Source: Saprospiraceae bacterium UBA1994 (GTDB lineage: Bacteria > Bacteroidota > Bacteroidia > Chitinophagales > Saprospiraceae). From it: a stretch of 64,000 nt of DNA. The stretch is taken from positions 183-64,182 of the forward strand of contig DDCY01000030.1 of the NCBI GenBank assembly GCA_002335865.1, in the 5' to 3' direction. Shown here in pieces: positions 51,345 to 61,832 of the stretch; position 1 is the stretch's first letter; every line of letters begins with the position of its first letter. The notes under the pieces are model-generated. The model was not told the DNA's origin and did no database searches. It saw only the letters and a program-made list of their open reading frames with translations. The translations under genes were made by a program, and so were the position numbers.

Positions 51345-52829
51345 TTATTTCTTTGGTATCTCTTTCAATACCTTCATTAGATATTTCCAATATTTCTGTA
51401 CTGAACTGATCTGTACCTTTTCGTCTGGAGAGTGAGCTCCTCTGATATTGGGTCCAAATGAAATCATCTGCAAATCGGGATAGTTAGTGCCAATGATACC
51501 ACATTCTAGTCCTGCATGGCAAGCATTAACTTGGGGTTCTTCTTTGAACATATCTACGTATATAGTACGCATCGTCTCAATAATTTCAGCATCAGGATTA
51601 GGTGTCCATCCAGGATACGTACCTGAGAGTTCTACTTGTGCACCTATCATTGCGAATATACTATGGATCATATTCACTTCGTCCATTTTTTCTGTATCTA
51701 CAGAACTACGACAAAGGCACATCGCTGTGAATGATCCATTTCCAACGATTACTCGCGCAAGATTGTTACTTGTCTGTACTAGACCCTCAATAGTTGGACT
51801 CATTCTGTATATACCATTAGGACAGGCATATAGTGCATATATCAAATTGATCTGCGAATGATCATCCATTACCTTAGGGGTACCCACGGTTTGGCTGATC
51901 TCTATCTCTAGATCGTTATCTGTATATGAGTACTCAGAGATGATGACGCTAGCAAGATTTACTGCGTATTCTTCCATCGTTTCTATCTGAGCAGTAGGCA
52001 CGGTGATCAAAGCTGATGATTCTCTAGGAATAGCGTTACGTACGCTGCCACCATCTACACTACTTACACAGATTCTCACTTCATGATCGAGCATATGTAA
52101 GATTCTATTCATAATCTTATTAGCATTGCCTAATCCCTTATGAATGTCCATTCCTGAGTGACCACCATTGAGTCCAGATACCTTGATTGTATAAGGTGTG
52201 TGGTCCGCGGGCATATCTTTTTCCTTGTACGAGCCAGTTGCAGTAATGTCGATTCCTCCAGCACATCCGATAGTCAGCTCGTTATCGTCTTCTGTATCTA
52301 GGTTGAGTAATATCGTCCCTGTAAGAAATCCACCTTTAAGCTCTAGAGCGCCAGTCATTCCAGTCTCTTCATCTATAGTGAATAATGCTTCCATTGCTGG
52401 ATGCTCAATAGTTTTGCTTTCTAGTATTGCCATGATACTAGCAACTCCGATACCATTGTCAGCTCCAAGTGTTGTACCCTCAGCGTGTATCCAGTCGCCA
52501 TCTACAATCATACGTATGCCTTCTGTCTCAAAATCAAATATAGTATCTGCATTCTTTTGGTGTACCATATCTAAGTGACTTTGCATCACTATTGTTTGTC
52601 TATTTTCCATACCAGCCGTCGCAGGCTTTTTGATAATGACATTGCCGATATGATCTACCATAGTCTCTAGTCCAAGAGTCTCGCCATATTTTTTCATAAA
52701 TTGGATGACACGCTCCTCTTTCTTTGAGGGTCTCGGTACTGCGTTTAATGCTTCAAAATTCTTCCACAGTTCTTTGGGTTCTATTGCTGATATATTACTC
52801 ACGGTATTGTTCATTGTTTGAAAGGGCAA
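51345..52829 (-). CDS. pepD: Aminoacyl-histidine (Xaa-His) dipeptidase PepD, M20C
   Basis: 'MQSHLDMVHQK', 'TTLGADNGIGVA' and 'TIDEETGMTGA' are present. The protein is ~490 aa. The start may instead be Met-6 (52814). Confidence 0.85.
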   Translation of the reverse strand: MPFQTMNNTVSNISAIEPKELWKNFEALNAVPRPSKKEERVIQFMKKYGETLGLETMVDHIGNVIIKKPATAGMENRQTIVMQSHLDMVHQKNADTIFDFETEGIRMIVDGDWIHAEGTTLGADNGIGVASIMAILESKTIEHPAMEALFTIDEETGMTGALELKGGFLTGTILLNLDTEDDNELTIGCAGGIDITATGSYKEKDMPADHTPYTIKVSGLNGGHSGMDIHKGLGNANKIMNRILHMLDHEVRICVSSVDGGSVRNAIPRESSALITVPTAQIETMEEYAVNLASVIISEYSYTDNDLEIEISQTVGTPKVMDDHSQINLIYALYACPNGIYRMSPTIEGLVQTSNNLARVIVGNGSFTAMCLCRSSVDTEKMDEVNMIHSIFAMIGAQVELSGTYPGWTPNPDAEIIETMRTIYVDMFKEEPQVNACHAGLECGIIGTNYPDLQMISFGPNIRGAHSPDEKVQISSVQKYWKYLMKVLKEIPKK

Positions 52830-53645
52830 GGTACGATACCTATTGTTTGTAAGACAACGTCTAGTGATAAATATTGATTTAGTTATCTTATCTTCTCTAA
52901 ATCAATACTTACATGAACAAGTGGCAAAGGACATTATCACTAACATAGAAGCATGAAAGGTTTAGATTGCCTATCTAGATAAGATACTTTATTCAAGTCT
53001 AGGTGTGTGCAAAGCGGAATTGATACAGATATATACGCAGTTAGCTACTTATACGTTGCAACATCTTATCAATCGACCCTTGACAATGATTAAATTTATT
53101 ACCGGCATCAAGGGCATTTTTTTATTCTAAGAATAAGCCTGATTGTACTAAGAAGTGGATTTCTAATGTAGAAGTCGCTCATGAGATTGATACGATTAAA
53201 TATATTGCCAATAACGAATTGGCAATATTGGTTTGTACAACAAACCTAGCAGCTCTAATAATTGGTGTGGATCGTTAATGCTGCACTTATCCAAAATTGA
53301 CGATGGAAATTATTTCTATATGTACAAAGTAGTAACAGGTTATGACCAAGAGCTAATGAAAGGTAGATTCGTGAAACTCAAGGAGCTATACAGTAATAAA
53401 GTGGCCAGCAGGATGAAACTTAGATATGAAAACTTCTTTATTATGGCATTAATTATTAATAATTAGCTAAAGTAAATTAACCACTAGAAGTATTGTAAAA
53501 ATAATACCAATTTGGAAGGGAGGTTACCTATATTGGAATCCATAGGCTATTACCTAATTTGAAGGAGCTAATTTTAGAATGTACAGATTAGTATTACGAA
53601 TATGCTGCAATTGATTTATAAATAGTTAATTAAATATATTAATGT

Positions 53646-54449
53646 ATGGAATTTTGGAATAGTCTACCTTATTTGAGCGCATTGATTGTGGGATTTGTTA
53701 TGGGATTGCTTGGAGGTGGAGGTTCAATACTGACCATTCCTATATTTGTCTATATGTTTGGTATTGCACCTGTCTTAGCCACTGCATATTCTCTATTTGT
53801 TGTAGGATCTGCTGCTACTGTTGGTACGATTAAGAATTTTCAGCATAAAACGATTCATTTACCAATAGGACTACTCTTTGGTATTCCTTCTTTTATTGGT
53901 ACATATATAACTCGAAGATACATCTTACAGAGTCTTCCGGACACACTATTGACTGTAGTCGATTTGAACTTATCTAAGGATCTATTTATCATGTTACTCT
54001 TTGCGACGATAATGCTAATGGCTTCGATATCTATGATACATAACAAAAATCAGGAGAGCGTTAATCGAGTGATTGATAATAGCCATAGCATATTTATTTT
54101 GGTCTTAGGGTTGATTATTGGATTACTCACTGGATTTGTTGGTGCTGGTGGAGGGTTTATTATAGTTCCAGCTCTTATCTTCCTTACTAGATTACCTGTA
54201 AAAGTTGCAATTGGTACTTCATTATTTATAATCATGATGAAGTCCTTTATCGGATTCTTAGGAGATCTTCAGACGACATCTATGGATTGGGAATTCTTAA
54301 TTACTTTTTCAATTCTTGCTGCATTAGGTATAATGATAGGAGTCCAAGTAGCCAAGCTCACCAAAGCCAAAAATCTTAAAACTATATTTGGATGGTTTAT
54401 ACTTATAGTTGGCATTTACATCATATTCAAAGAGCTTTCAGGGTTCTAG
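53646..54449 (+). CDS. TauE/SafE (DUF81) family anion exporter
   Basis: A 267 aa polytopic protein with the duplicated 'GLLGGGGSILTIP' and 'GFVGAGGGFIIVPAL' motifs. Confidence 0.8.
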   Translation: MEFWNSLPYLSALIVGFVMGLLGGGGSILTIPIFVYMFGIAPVLATAYSLFVVGSAATVGTIKNFQHKTIHLPIGLLFGIPSFIGTYITRRYILQSLPDTLLTVVDLNLSKDLFIMLLFATIMLMASISMIHNKNQESVNRVIDNSHSIFILVLGLIIGLLTGFVGAGGGFIIVPALIFLTRLPVKVAIGTSLFIIMMKSFIGFLGDLQTTSMDWEFLITFSILAALGIMIGVQVAKLTKAKNLKTIFGWFILIVGIYIIFKELSGF

Positions 54450-54570
54450 TAATTTTGATTCTGCAATTTTAACATTACTTTATAACCAATATTATACCTT
54501 GACAGAACTTCGTTTTCGTTATTGATACTTTTAGAATGATAAATACATACTTAAAAACAAAAATAAAAAT

Positions 54571-55326
54571 ATGAATATTTCAAGAATATTACGATGTGCA
54601 TTTTTAATCCTAATTATATTTATTGTTAATACAACTGATACTAATGCACAGTTTTTGGATAAGCTTAAGAAGAGAGTAGATCAGGCAGAAAAAGTGTTAG
54701 ATGGTAAAGGTTCTTCTCTTGGAAAAGATCAAATAGCAAATGGTCTTAAAGAAGCTCTTGATAGTGGAGTATCCACTGCGGTAGAGACGTTATCTGCTCC
54801 AAATGGGTACTTAGGTAGTCAGTATAAAATACTTATCCCAGAAGATGCACAGAAAGTAGTTTCAAAGGTAAAGCATGTACCTGGATTTGAAAATATAGAA
54901 AGAGATTTAGTACAGAAAATGAACGAAGGCGCTGAAATAGCAGCAAAGAAAGCGACTCCAATATTTAAGGAAGCTATACTTTCAATGTCATTTGATGATG
55001 CCATGAACATACTTACTGGTGAAGATGATGCAGCCACAGGATACCTTAAAAATAAAAGTTACGAAAAGCTATATAAAGAGTTTATGCCAGTAATAGTATC
55101 ATCATTAGATGAAGTAAATGCACGTGACTACTGGAGATCGGTAGTTAATGTCTATAATAGCTTACCTCTCGTCAAAGATGTAAATCCTGAACTGGACGAT
55201 CACGTAAATAAATCTGCACTTAATGGTATGTTCTCTCTGATTGAAAAGAAAGAAGAAGGTATAAGAAATAATGCAGACCAGAGATCAACAAAACTACTCA
55301 AAGATGTCTTTGTAAAGCAGGACTAA
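54571..55326 (+). CDS. Secreted DUF4197-like protein
   Basis: It has a signal peptide. The helical body with 'IANGLKEALDSGVSTAVETLSAPNGYL' resembles DUF4197. Confidence 0.45.
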   Translation: MNISRILRCAFLILIIFIVNTTDTNAQFLDKLKKRVDQAEKVLDGKGSSLGKDQIANGLKEALDSGVSTAVETLSAPNGYLGSQYKILIPEDAQKVVSKVKHVPGFENIERDLVQKMNEGAEIAAKKATPIFKEAILSMSFDDAMNILTGEDDAATGYLKNKSYEKLYKEFMPVIVSSLDEVNARDYWRSVVNVYNSLPLVKDVNPELDDHVNKSALNGMFSLIEKKEEGIRNNADQRSTKLLKDVFVKQD

Positions 55327-55406
55327 AGCTATTAGGCGATTTTATCTGAAAGTGGTCTCTTGACTGCCGGCTTAAACTAATATGAGCATCAAGTATTTTT
55401 TGACTT

Positions 55407-55736
55407 TTACATCAACCCTTTTATCCTCGATTTTATGACTTCCAATTTACTCACCACTTCTTGTTTATGGTCTATATAATTTAGATCGTTTTTACTCCTC
55501 ATCTCCTTCTTTGCTCCATCTAGAGTAAATCCTCGTTCTTTCACTAGTGTAAAAATGCGCTCAATCACACCTATATCCTTGACAGTATACTGTCTATCTC
55601 CTCTTCTGTTCTTCTTAGGCTTTAGATGAGTAAATTCCGTCTCCCAGTATCTCACCAATGAATTAGTAACTCCAAACATCTCAGAGACCTCTCCAATGCT
55701 ATAATATAATTTAGTAAGTTCTTTATTAATCTTCAT
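55407..55736 (-). CDS. MerR family transcriptional regulator
   Basis: Starting at ATG 55736 gives 'LYYSIGEVSEMFGVTNSLVRYWETEF', a MerR-type HTH. The protein is ~109 aa. Confidence 0.75.
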   Translation of the reverse strand: MKINKELTKLYYSIGEVSEMFGVTNSLVRYWETEFTHLKPKKNRRGDRQYTVKDIGVIERIFTLVKERGFTLDGAKKEMRSKNDLNYIDHKQEVVSKLEVIKSRIKGLM

Positions 55737-56226
55737 TAATACTAAAGTAATCAATATCTTAAAGATAATCAATTATCTAGGTGGTAATTATCGGACTATC
55801 AAGGTTAGTGCCTAAGAATTTAGAATAAAACTGCCCTAATTCTCGATACAATGACTAAAATTAAAATCAAATAAGCTTAACTTAAATAAAAATAACAATT
55901 TAGCATGTTAACTAAGATTGTTACTCCATTGCGAGTGAAGCTCTTTTTTGTAATACCGGGGCCTTTAGTTTTCGGAATGCCACTCCCATTTAAATTTTAT
56001 CAGCTTCCTCTGTAAATATTAATTGCGTAATCCACAATTGGTTGAGTACCATGAAGATTTGTGCTGAACGAAGTGAAATGTAAACTCTAGAGTAATGATA
56101 AGAATTAGAATTAAAGATTTGATCTCTTTAAATTGAATAACATAAAGATTTACAATTCAAAAAAATCATATAAACTGCATTTGTCAAAATCCTCTTTGGT
56201 AATCCCAACTATAAAGGTCAAAAAAT

Positions 56227-56910
56227 CTAAGTTTTACCTTTCTCAGATTTTCCAGCCACAACCACTACAATCTCTCCCTTCACGCTCGGTCTACTTTCAT
56301 AATCTTCAAGCAACTCATCTACTGTTTTATAATTATATTCCTCATAGATCTTAGTAAGCTCTCTAACCACGCAAGCTTTTCTACCTCCGCCACAATGCTC
56401 TTTGAGTTCTTTTAGACACTTGATTAGTCTATGTGGAGACTCATATATTATAAATGTATATGGCAACTCACATAAATACTTATGTCTTGTCTGTCTTCCT
56501 TTTTTATGAGGAAGAAAACCTTCGAAGTAAAATTTATCACAAGCAATACCCGAAGCTGCTATCGCAGGAATAATAGCATTAGCGCCTGGAAGACATTGAA
56601 CTTTTAGGTTATTTTCTCTGCACTCTCTTACAAGGAGAAAACCAGGGTCACTAATTCCAGGTGTGCCAGCATCAGTGATCAAAGCTATATTTATACCTTC
56701 TTTGAGCATATTCATATAATCTTGAAGTTTCTTATGCTCATTATAGGCATGATAAGAAGACATCCTAGTCTCTATTTGGTAATGTTTGATGAGGTGGCCG
56801 CTTGTACGGGTGTCTTCCGCAAGTATCAGATCTACTTTTTGAAGTATCTTTATTGCTCTGACTGTCATGTCATCTAGGTTTCCTATTGGTGTAGGTACTA
56901 AGTATAGCAT
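56227..56910 (-). CDS. rsmI: 16S rRNA (cytidine1402-2'-O)-methyltransferase RsmI
   Basis: 'MLYLVPTPIGNLDDMT', 'ILAEDTR' and 'TDAGTPGISDPG' are present. Confidence 0.9.
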   Translation of the reverse strand: MLYLVPTPIGNLDDMTVRAIKILQKVDLILAEDTRTSGHLIKHYQIETRMSSYHAYNEHKKLQDYMNMLKEGINIALITDAGTPGISDPGFLLVRECRENNLKVQCLPGANAIIPAIAASGIACDKFYFEGFLPHKKGRQTRHKYLCELPYTFIIYESPHRLIKCLKELKEHCGGGRKACVVRELTKIYEEYNYKTVDELLEDYESRPSVKGEIVVVVAGKSEKGKT

Positions 56911-56915
56911 AAGTA

Positions 56916-57602
56916 TTAGACGTAATCTTTAGGGGCAGAGGCACTTGGATGCCATCTATCCATTGCTTGTTTAAAATAATAGCCTGCTACTAGCCCAACC
57001 ACAAATCCACCTATATGAGCCCACCAGGCTACTCCGGAAGTATCTTTAGTTTCAGCTAATGAACCAAAACTAGACAATAGCTGCTGTCCAAACCATAACC
57101 CTAAGAATAAAAAAGCAGGGATATGAAAGCTTCTAAAAAATACAATTACCAGTATTTTGATTTTAGACTTTGGAAACATAACAAGGTAAGCGCCCATCAC
57201 AGCGGCAATAGCTCCACTGGCTCCCACAGTTGGTATAGTACTATCCATATTAAATCCCACATGCGCAAGACTGGCTACTAATCCACCGAGAAGATAAAAC
57301 ATCAGGAACCGCCTACTACCAATTTTCGCCTCTATATTATCAGCGAAGACCCATAAAAAAAGCATGTTACCTATGAGATGCATCCATCCACCGTGTAAAA
57401 ATATACTTGTAAAGAGTGTAAAATAATCTTGTCCGGCAGTGATTTCATTTGGTATTGTACCATAAGTTATGATGAACTCATTGGCCTTCGGACCCAAGTA
57501 GAATTCGTATAGAAATACGCATACATTAATAGCAATGAAAGTATAGCTTACATAAGGTTTGTGGCCGCCCTGTACTTGTGTGTCACCTATAGGAAATATC
57601 AT
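56916..57602 (-). CDS. Rhomboid family intramembrane serine protease
   Basis: 'HGGWMHLIGNM' is present. 'GASGAIAAVMGAY' (GxSG) carries the catalytic Ser, and 'WAHIGGFVVG' carries the catalytic His. Confidence 0.85.
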   Translation of the reverse strand: MIFPIGDTQVQGGHKPYVSYTFIAINVCVFLYEFYLGPKANEFIITYGTIPNEITAGQDYFTLFTSIFLHGGWMHLIGNMLFLWVFADNIEAKIGSRRFLMFYLLGGLVASLAHVGFNMDSTIPTVGASGAIAAVMGAYLVMFPKSKIKILVIVFFRSFHIPAFLFLGLWFGQQLLSSFGSLAETKDTSGVAWWAHIGGFVVGLVAGYYFKQAMDRWHPSASAPKDYV

Positions 57603-57858
57603 ATTTTAATTTAGTAGAGCATCCAATGTAGGGAATATTCTCAGTTATCAGGATAGTTATCTTCTTACTCTAGAATCGGCAATGAGTATAAATACTTTGT
57701 TATTACTGATTTAGCCTATTACATTTCCCAAGATATTCTTGTTTACTAAGTACATAGCTTGTTTTTTGATTTGTTAAGAATCGATCAGAAATAAAAAGAA
57801 TGTCGACAAAAGCTTAGGTATCTTTTTTTATCGCCTCAAATTATAAAAAATCGATTTT

Positions 57859-59115
57859 CTAGATTTTGTCTTCTTCTTCGATCTTAAATAACTTTATTAC
57901 CCTAACAACTTCAATCTTGGTTTCACTTACTTCCTCTAGTATAAAGTCGAAGCCATCCATTTGTATTTTCGCATTTTCTTTGGGTATACTTCCACTAGTC
58001 ATGACGATATACCCAGATAGCGTATGATATTCACCTTCTGGAATATTTAAATTCTCATACTTTTCATTGAGGTAGTCTATTTCCAATCTTCCAGCAAATA
58101 CATACTCATCTTTGCTGATTTTCCTTTCCAGATTATCTTCTATGTCATGTTCATCCTCGATCTCACCAAATATTTCCTCCAATATATCTTCCAGAGTAAT
58201 TAGACCAGCTGTACCACCAAATTCGTCTACAACACAGGCTATTGTGGTTTCCTGTTTTATAAAGTTGTACATGAGAGACTGTACATTCATAGCCTCAGGC
58301 ACATATTTAATTGGCATGACTAATCTATCTATAGTTTTTGGATTGTCTAGTAATTGTTGATGGTGAATGTATCCAACAGCATTCTCTATACCTCCGTCAG
58401 TAATGATTACCCTACTCAGTCTAGATTCTTTGAAGATACTTAATACTTCGTCAATCGATGCCGTTTTTTCGATATGAACAATCTCAGTTCTAGGTATCAT
58501 ACATGCCCTTACTTTGGTCTGTCTGAGATTCAATGCATTAGTAAGGATTTCTTTATCGATATCTTCCTCTTCTGATATTTTATCGTTTATAAAGTGCTCT
58601 AAATCTACTCGTGTTAGAGCACTTTCTACCTGACCTGTTGGTTGGCGTAGCACATACTTGAGAAGAGCATCTGATAGTTCTGTCATCATCCATGTTGGTA
58701 TTGCTAGCACCCATTTAAAAAATCTCAGTGGATAAGCTAATGCAATTAGCATATCATTAGAAAATAACCTAAATAATGTCTTTGGTAGAAACTCTCCAAA
58801 TATTAATACTACAGCAGTTATTATTAATGTTACCAACAATAGCAGGGTAGCACCACCAAATATGGGTTGGAGCAGCGGTTCTATGAGCTGAGTCATTAGT
58901 ATAGTGAAAATTACCAATGCAATATTATTACCCACAAGCATGGTTCCGAGAAACTCTGAAGGCTTCTCATAAAATTTTGTCAAGATATTACCGCTTAGTG
59001 ATTTCTTATTTTTCATCACCTCTATACCTAGCTTGTTTGCAGATACAAATGCGATTTCAGACCCTGAAAAGAATGCAGAAAGAAGTAAAAATAGGATTGT
59101 CGAGATAATTAACAT
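57859..59115 (-). CDS. CNNM/DUF21-CBS-CorC_HlyC 'hemolysin family' membrane protein (GldE/TlyC/CorC-like)
   Basis: It has an N-terminal 4-TM DUF21 domain, a central CBS pair, and a C-terminal CorC_HlyC-like domain ('GYIVMTSGSIPKENAKIQMDGFDFILEE'). GldE of Flavobacterium belongs to this family, but no gldD is adjacent here. Confidence 0.8.
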   Translation of the reverse strand: MLIISTILFLLLSAFFSGSEIAFVSANKLGIEVMKNKKSLSGNILTKFYEKPSEFLGTMLVGNNIALVIFTILMTQLIEPLLQPIFGGATLLLLVTLIITAVVLIFGEFLPKTLFRLFSNDMLIALAYPLRFFKWVLAIPTWMMTELSDALLKYVLRQPTGQVESALTRVDLEHFINDKISEEEDIDKEILTNALNLRQTKVRACMIPRTEIVHIEKTASIDEVLSIFKESRLSRVIITDGGIENAVGYIHHQQLLDNPKTIDRLVMPIKYVPEAMNVQSLMYNFIKQETTIACVVDEFGGTAGLITLEDILEEIFGEIEDEHDIEDNLERKISKDEYVFAGRLEIDYLNEKYENLNIPEGEYHTLSGYIVMTSGSIPKENAKIQMDGFDFILEEVSETKIEVVRVIKLFKIEEEDKI

Positions 59116-59179
59116 AAAAGATAATTGTGAATGACAAAAATACCAAAGAAATAATTGTGTTTAACGATGATCCGAAATC

Positions 59180-59743
59180 TTATTTATTTAACTCCTTAGT
59201 TATATCATCAATATTCATCTTTCCAGAGTTTTTCTGTATTTCGAATCTTGTAAAGTCGTTATTAGCAACAAATCCGTATCCATATGAAGTGTCTCCTCTC
59301 TCTGGTTGAGTAATCATCACAAATCGATCTGTATATACTCTGTCTCCTTTTTCATCCCAAATTAGCTCCCACGTTTCTAGCTTTTCATTTTTCTCGTTGT
59401 AGAGATTCACATTTTGTCTAGTGATAATACGTGATTTTTTCGTTTCTCTAAGCGCATAGTCAGCATCTAGCCAACTTTCTATTTGTCCGTCAGGTCCAAA
59501 GAACTCTACATGTACACCATTTGGAAATTCCTCTCTTGGATTATTTCTATCCAAATATCTATTCATAGTTGGTCCAGATATTTTTACTTTTATTTGAGCC
59601 GAATCACTGTAAAGAATTTCTACATTAGTGGCTACCTCTATAGATGCTTTCAGTTCACTAGTTAAGTTATCTATGTCTTCTATCTTTGTGACACAAGAAA
59701 ATGAAGTAACTATTACTACTATTAAAATTAAATACTTACTCAT
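59180..59743 (-). CDS. Lipoprotein, LptC-like (LPS export periplasmic component), tentative
   Basis: The lipobox is 'VVIVTSFSC|V'. The protein is 187 aa and beta-rich, with 'LETWELIWDEKGDRVYTDRFVMI...GYGFVANNDF' resembling Bacteroidota LptC. Confidence 0.45.
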   Translation of the reverse strand: MSKYLILIVVIVTSFSCVTKIEDIDNLTSELKASIEVATNVEILYSDSAQIKVKISGPTMNRYLDRNNPREEFPNGVHVEFFGPDGQIESWLDADYALRETKKSRIITRQNVNLYNEKNEKLETWELIWDEKGDRVYTDRFVMITQPERGDTSYGYGFVANNDFTRFEIQKNSGKMNIDDITKELNK

Positions 59744-59747
59744 TCGA

Positions 59748-61832
59748 TTATCTTATTATTGTAATATCTCCAGAATAAGAAAATACCTCGTCATCAATAA
59801 ATCTGACTTTTGCGAGCCATGTAAATACACCAGGATTCACAGGTTGATCTTTATAGATTCCATCCCATCCCTCATTGTATTCATTGAGGAGTATATTTTG
59901 ACCATCATAGACTCTGTTTCCCCATCTATCAAAAATATAAAGATGATCTATTCTAGATGCTCCAGGCCCGGCGAATAAATTGAAAAAGTCATTGTTCCCA
60001 TCTTTATTAGGTGAAAAAATGTTTGGAGCGTATACAGGACGCTCGATGTTTACTCTTATAGTTACTTCATCAGTATCAGTACAGCCATTTTCATCAGTGA
60101 CAAGTAGTTGATAAGTGGTTTCACCAAGAGGTACCACGTAAGGATCGAGACAATTGACACAATCTATATTATCATCAGGGCTCCACAGTACATCAAGATT
60201 CAAATTAAATGGAGAATAACTACCATCAAGTGCAAGCCCCTCTCCAAAGTTGATTAGTGAGTCTATTCCTGCGTTAGCTATTATTTCTTCTGGTTCCATA
60301 ATGCTGACTATTACATTAGCAGTACACCCTTTTCTATCAATTACAGTTACTGTGTACTCGCCTATATCTAGGTTGTTAAAAATAGGGTTAGGTTGATAAT
60401 TAGGAACATCAATAGAATAGTTATATGCAGGGGAACCACTTATTCCGGTAGCAATAATATATCCCTCAGGAATATCAAAACATATGAGGTCAAAAGCTTC
60501 AGCATCTGCTGAAAGTGAACTAGTATCCGCACAACAAGCAGCAATGTCTATATCTCGTATTTTGGTTACACTACAACCTCTTGTACTTTCTATTGTCAGA
60601 GCCACAGTCTTTTCTCCAAAACTATCATAGATTACATCATGTGGTCCTTCTTGATCTGAAAACACCGGAGTAGCTCCATCTCCAAAGTTCCATTGATAAC
60701 TCAATATCGGATCTGTCTGCGAATCTGATAAATTGGTAAAGTTTATTGTCTTATCACACTCAAAGGAGTCTAAGGCATCTATTGCGAAATCTACCTGAGG
60801 GCCGAGAAAAGTCCCAGTTCCTCCAAATTCTATAGAAAATCCTAATCCAGACTGTGAAAAATTGTTAACTATTAGAGCATAAGATTCTCCAGATAGCATA
60901 TCTAATGCCCGCGCAAAATTATTGTTACCAGCCTGACATCCTGGTTGTTCTGATAGATCAGTATCTGAGCTTAAGAGACCCGTGGGACCGTTACATTCTT
61001 GCCAAGTATTGAATGGATCGGTAATATTATTGGTTCCGTTTGCCCCTGAGGCCATACACCTCACAAGAGATTTATTATTACAATCTTCTATTCCATTATC
61101 AAGTCGATACACAGAAAAATCTAAATCATCAGATTCAAGACCAGGTACGTAATTATTAGGCGTTAATGTAAATTCCAATGTTCCTGATTGATTACAAGTC
61201 CATTTATACCAGACAGAAGCAAATTCTGTATCTATACAATCGTTACTGCCCAATTCGTTATTATCATTTCCTGTGCCTACAAGACTTTCTACATAAAATG
61301 GACTTTTATCACATAATATTACTCCCTCGACACAATCTGATTCTGGCGGTCTTGTATCTATAAAGTCATCAATACATAATTGAAAACTACCTTGCTGAAC
61401 TGCACTTCCATCTACTGAGAGATAGTAAACTTGTCCTATGACTAAATCTGTAATCGTAAGTTGTACTACACCGATTCCTCCTCCAGAGGAAGTGCAACCC
61501 ACTAAGTTTAAATTACTGCAATTTCCACTATATACACCTATCTCAGGCTGTGAAAGGGAAGAGGGATTTACCCTTATTATTACCGCTGGCTCCTTTGGAA
61601 CAAATGAAAACCATACAGATCCGGTAAAATTGAGAAAACAAGGGTTGGTTATCGAAATATCTGCTAAAGCTCCTATGTTACTAAATTCATCTATTTCGGA
61701 GCAGTAGTCATCTACACTGGTAATATATCGGGCAAAATCACATTCATCATTTGGGACTTGAGCATATATATTGCCGTTGAAAAGAATGAAAAGACTTAAA
61801 AGCCACTGTGTCCCTTTTTTATTGATCATCAA
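59748..61832 (-). CDS. T9SS cargo protein with type-B C-terminal sorting domain, PKD and Ig-like repeats
   Basis: The C-terminal 'VYAPNIFSPNKDGNNDFF...LYIFDRWGNRVY' is the gliding-motility-associated/type-B CTD signature. 'YQWNFGDGATP...GEKTVALTIE' is a PKD repeat. It has a signal peptide and two Cys-rich N-terminal modules. Confidence 0.8.
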   Translation of the reverse strand: MMINKKGTQWLLSLFILFNGNIYAQVPNDECDFARYITSVDDYCSEIDEFSNIGALADISITNPCFLNFTGSVWFSFVPKEPAVIIRVNPSSLSQPEIGVYSGNCSNLNLVGCTSSGGGIGVVQLTITDLVIGQVYYLSVDGSAVQQGSFQLCIDDFIDTRPPESDCVEGVILCDKSPFYVESLVGTGNDNNELGSNDCIDTEFASVWYKWTCNQSGTLEFTLTPNNYVPGLESDDLDFSVYRLDNGIEDCNNKSLVRCMASGANGTNNITDPFNTWQECNGPTGLLSSDTDLSEQPGCQAGNNNFARALDMLSGESYALIVNNFSQSGLGFSIEFGGTGTFLGPQVDFAIDALDSFECDKTINFTNLSDSQTDPILSYQWNFGDGATPVFSDQEGPHDVIYDSFGEKTVALTIESTRGCSVTKIRDIDIAACCADTSSLSADAEAFDLICFDIPEGYIIATGISGSPAYNYSIDVPNYQPNPIFNNLDIGEYTVTVIDRKGCTANVIVSIMEPEEIIANAGIDSLINFGEGLALDGSYSPFNLNLDVLWSPDDNIDCVNCLDPYVVPLGETTYQLLVTDENGCTDTDEVTIRVNIERPVYAPNIFSPNKDGNNDFFNLFAGPGASRIDHLYIFDRWGNRVYDGQNILLNEYNEGWDGIYKDQPVNPGVFTWLAKVRFIDDEVFSYSGDITIIR

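Noticed and set aside
51487-52578. Two long plus-strand ORFs of 124 and 126 aa inside pepD.
   Set aside because: They are antisense shadows of a strongly supported M20C dipeptidase gene. The Ser/Ile/Pro-rich low-complexity translations are typical of mirror frames.
53233-53466. The 77-aa TTG-initiated ORF treated as a genuine stand-alone gene.
   Set aside because: It has a weak start codon, no promoter-like context, and overlaps an upstream ORF in another frame. It is better explained as one fragment of a decayed gene (see findings).
59180-59743. Interpretation of the 187-aa lipoprotein as GldD, because it neighbours a GldE-like CNNM gene.
   Set aside because: In Flavobacterium, gldD lies downstream of gldE. 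Here the lipoprotein is upstream, and its sequence pattern (…WELIWDEKGDRVYTD…GYGF…) looks more LptC-like. The call stays tentative either way.
59628-59978. A 116-aa plus-strand ORF.
   Set aside because: It spans the junction of two minus-strand genes (LptC-like and T9SS cargo), both with clear motifs, so it is an antisense artefact.
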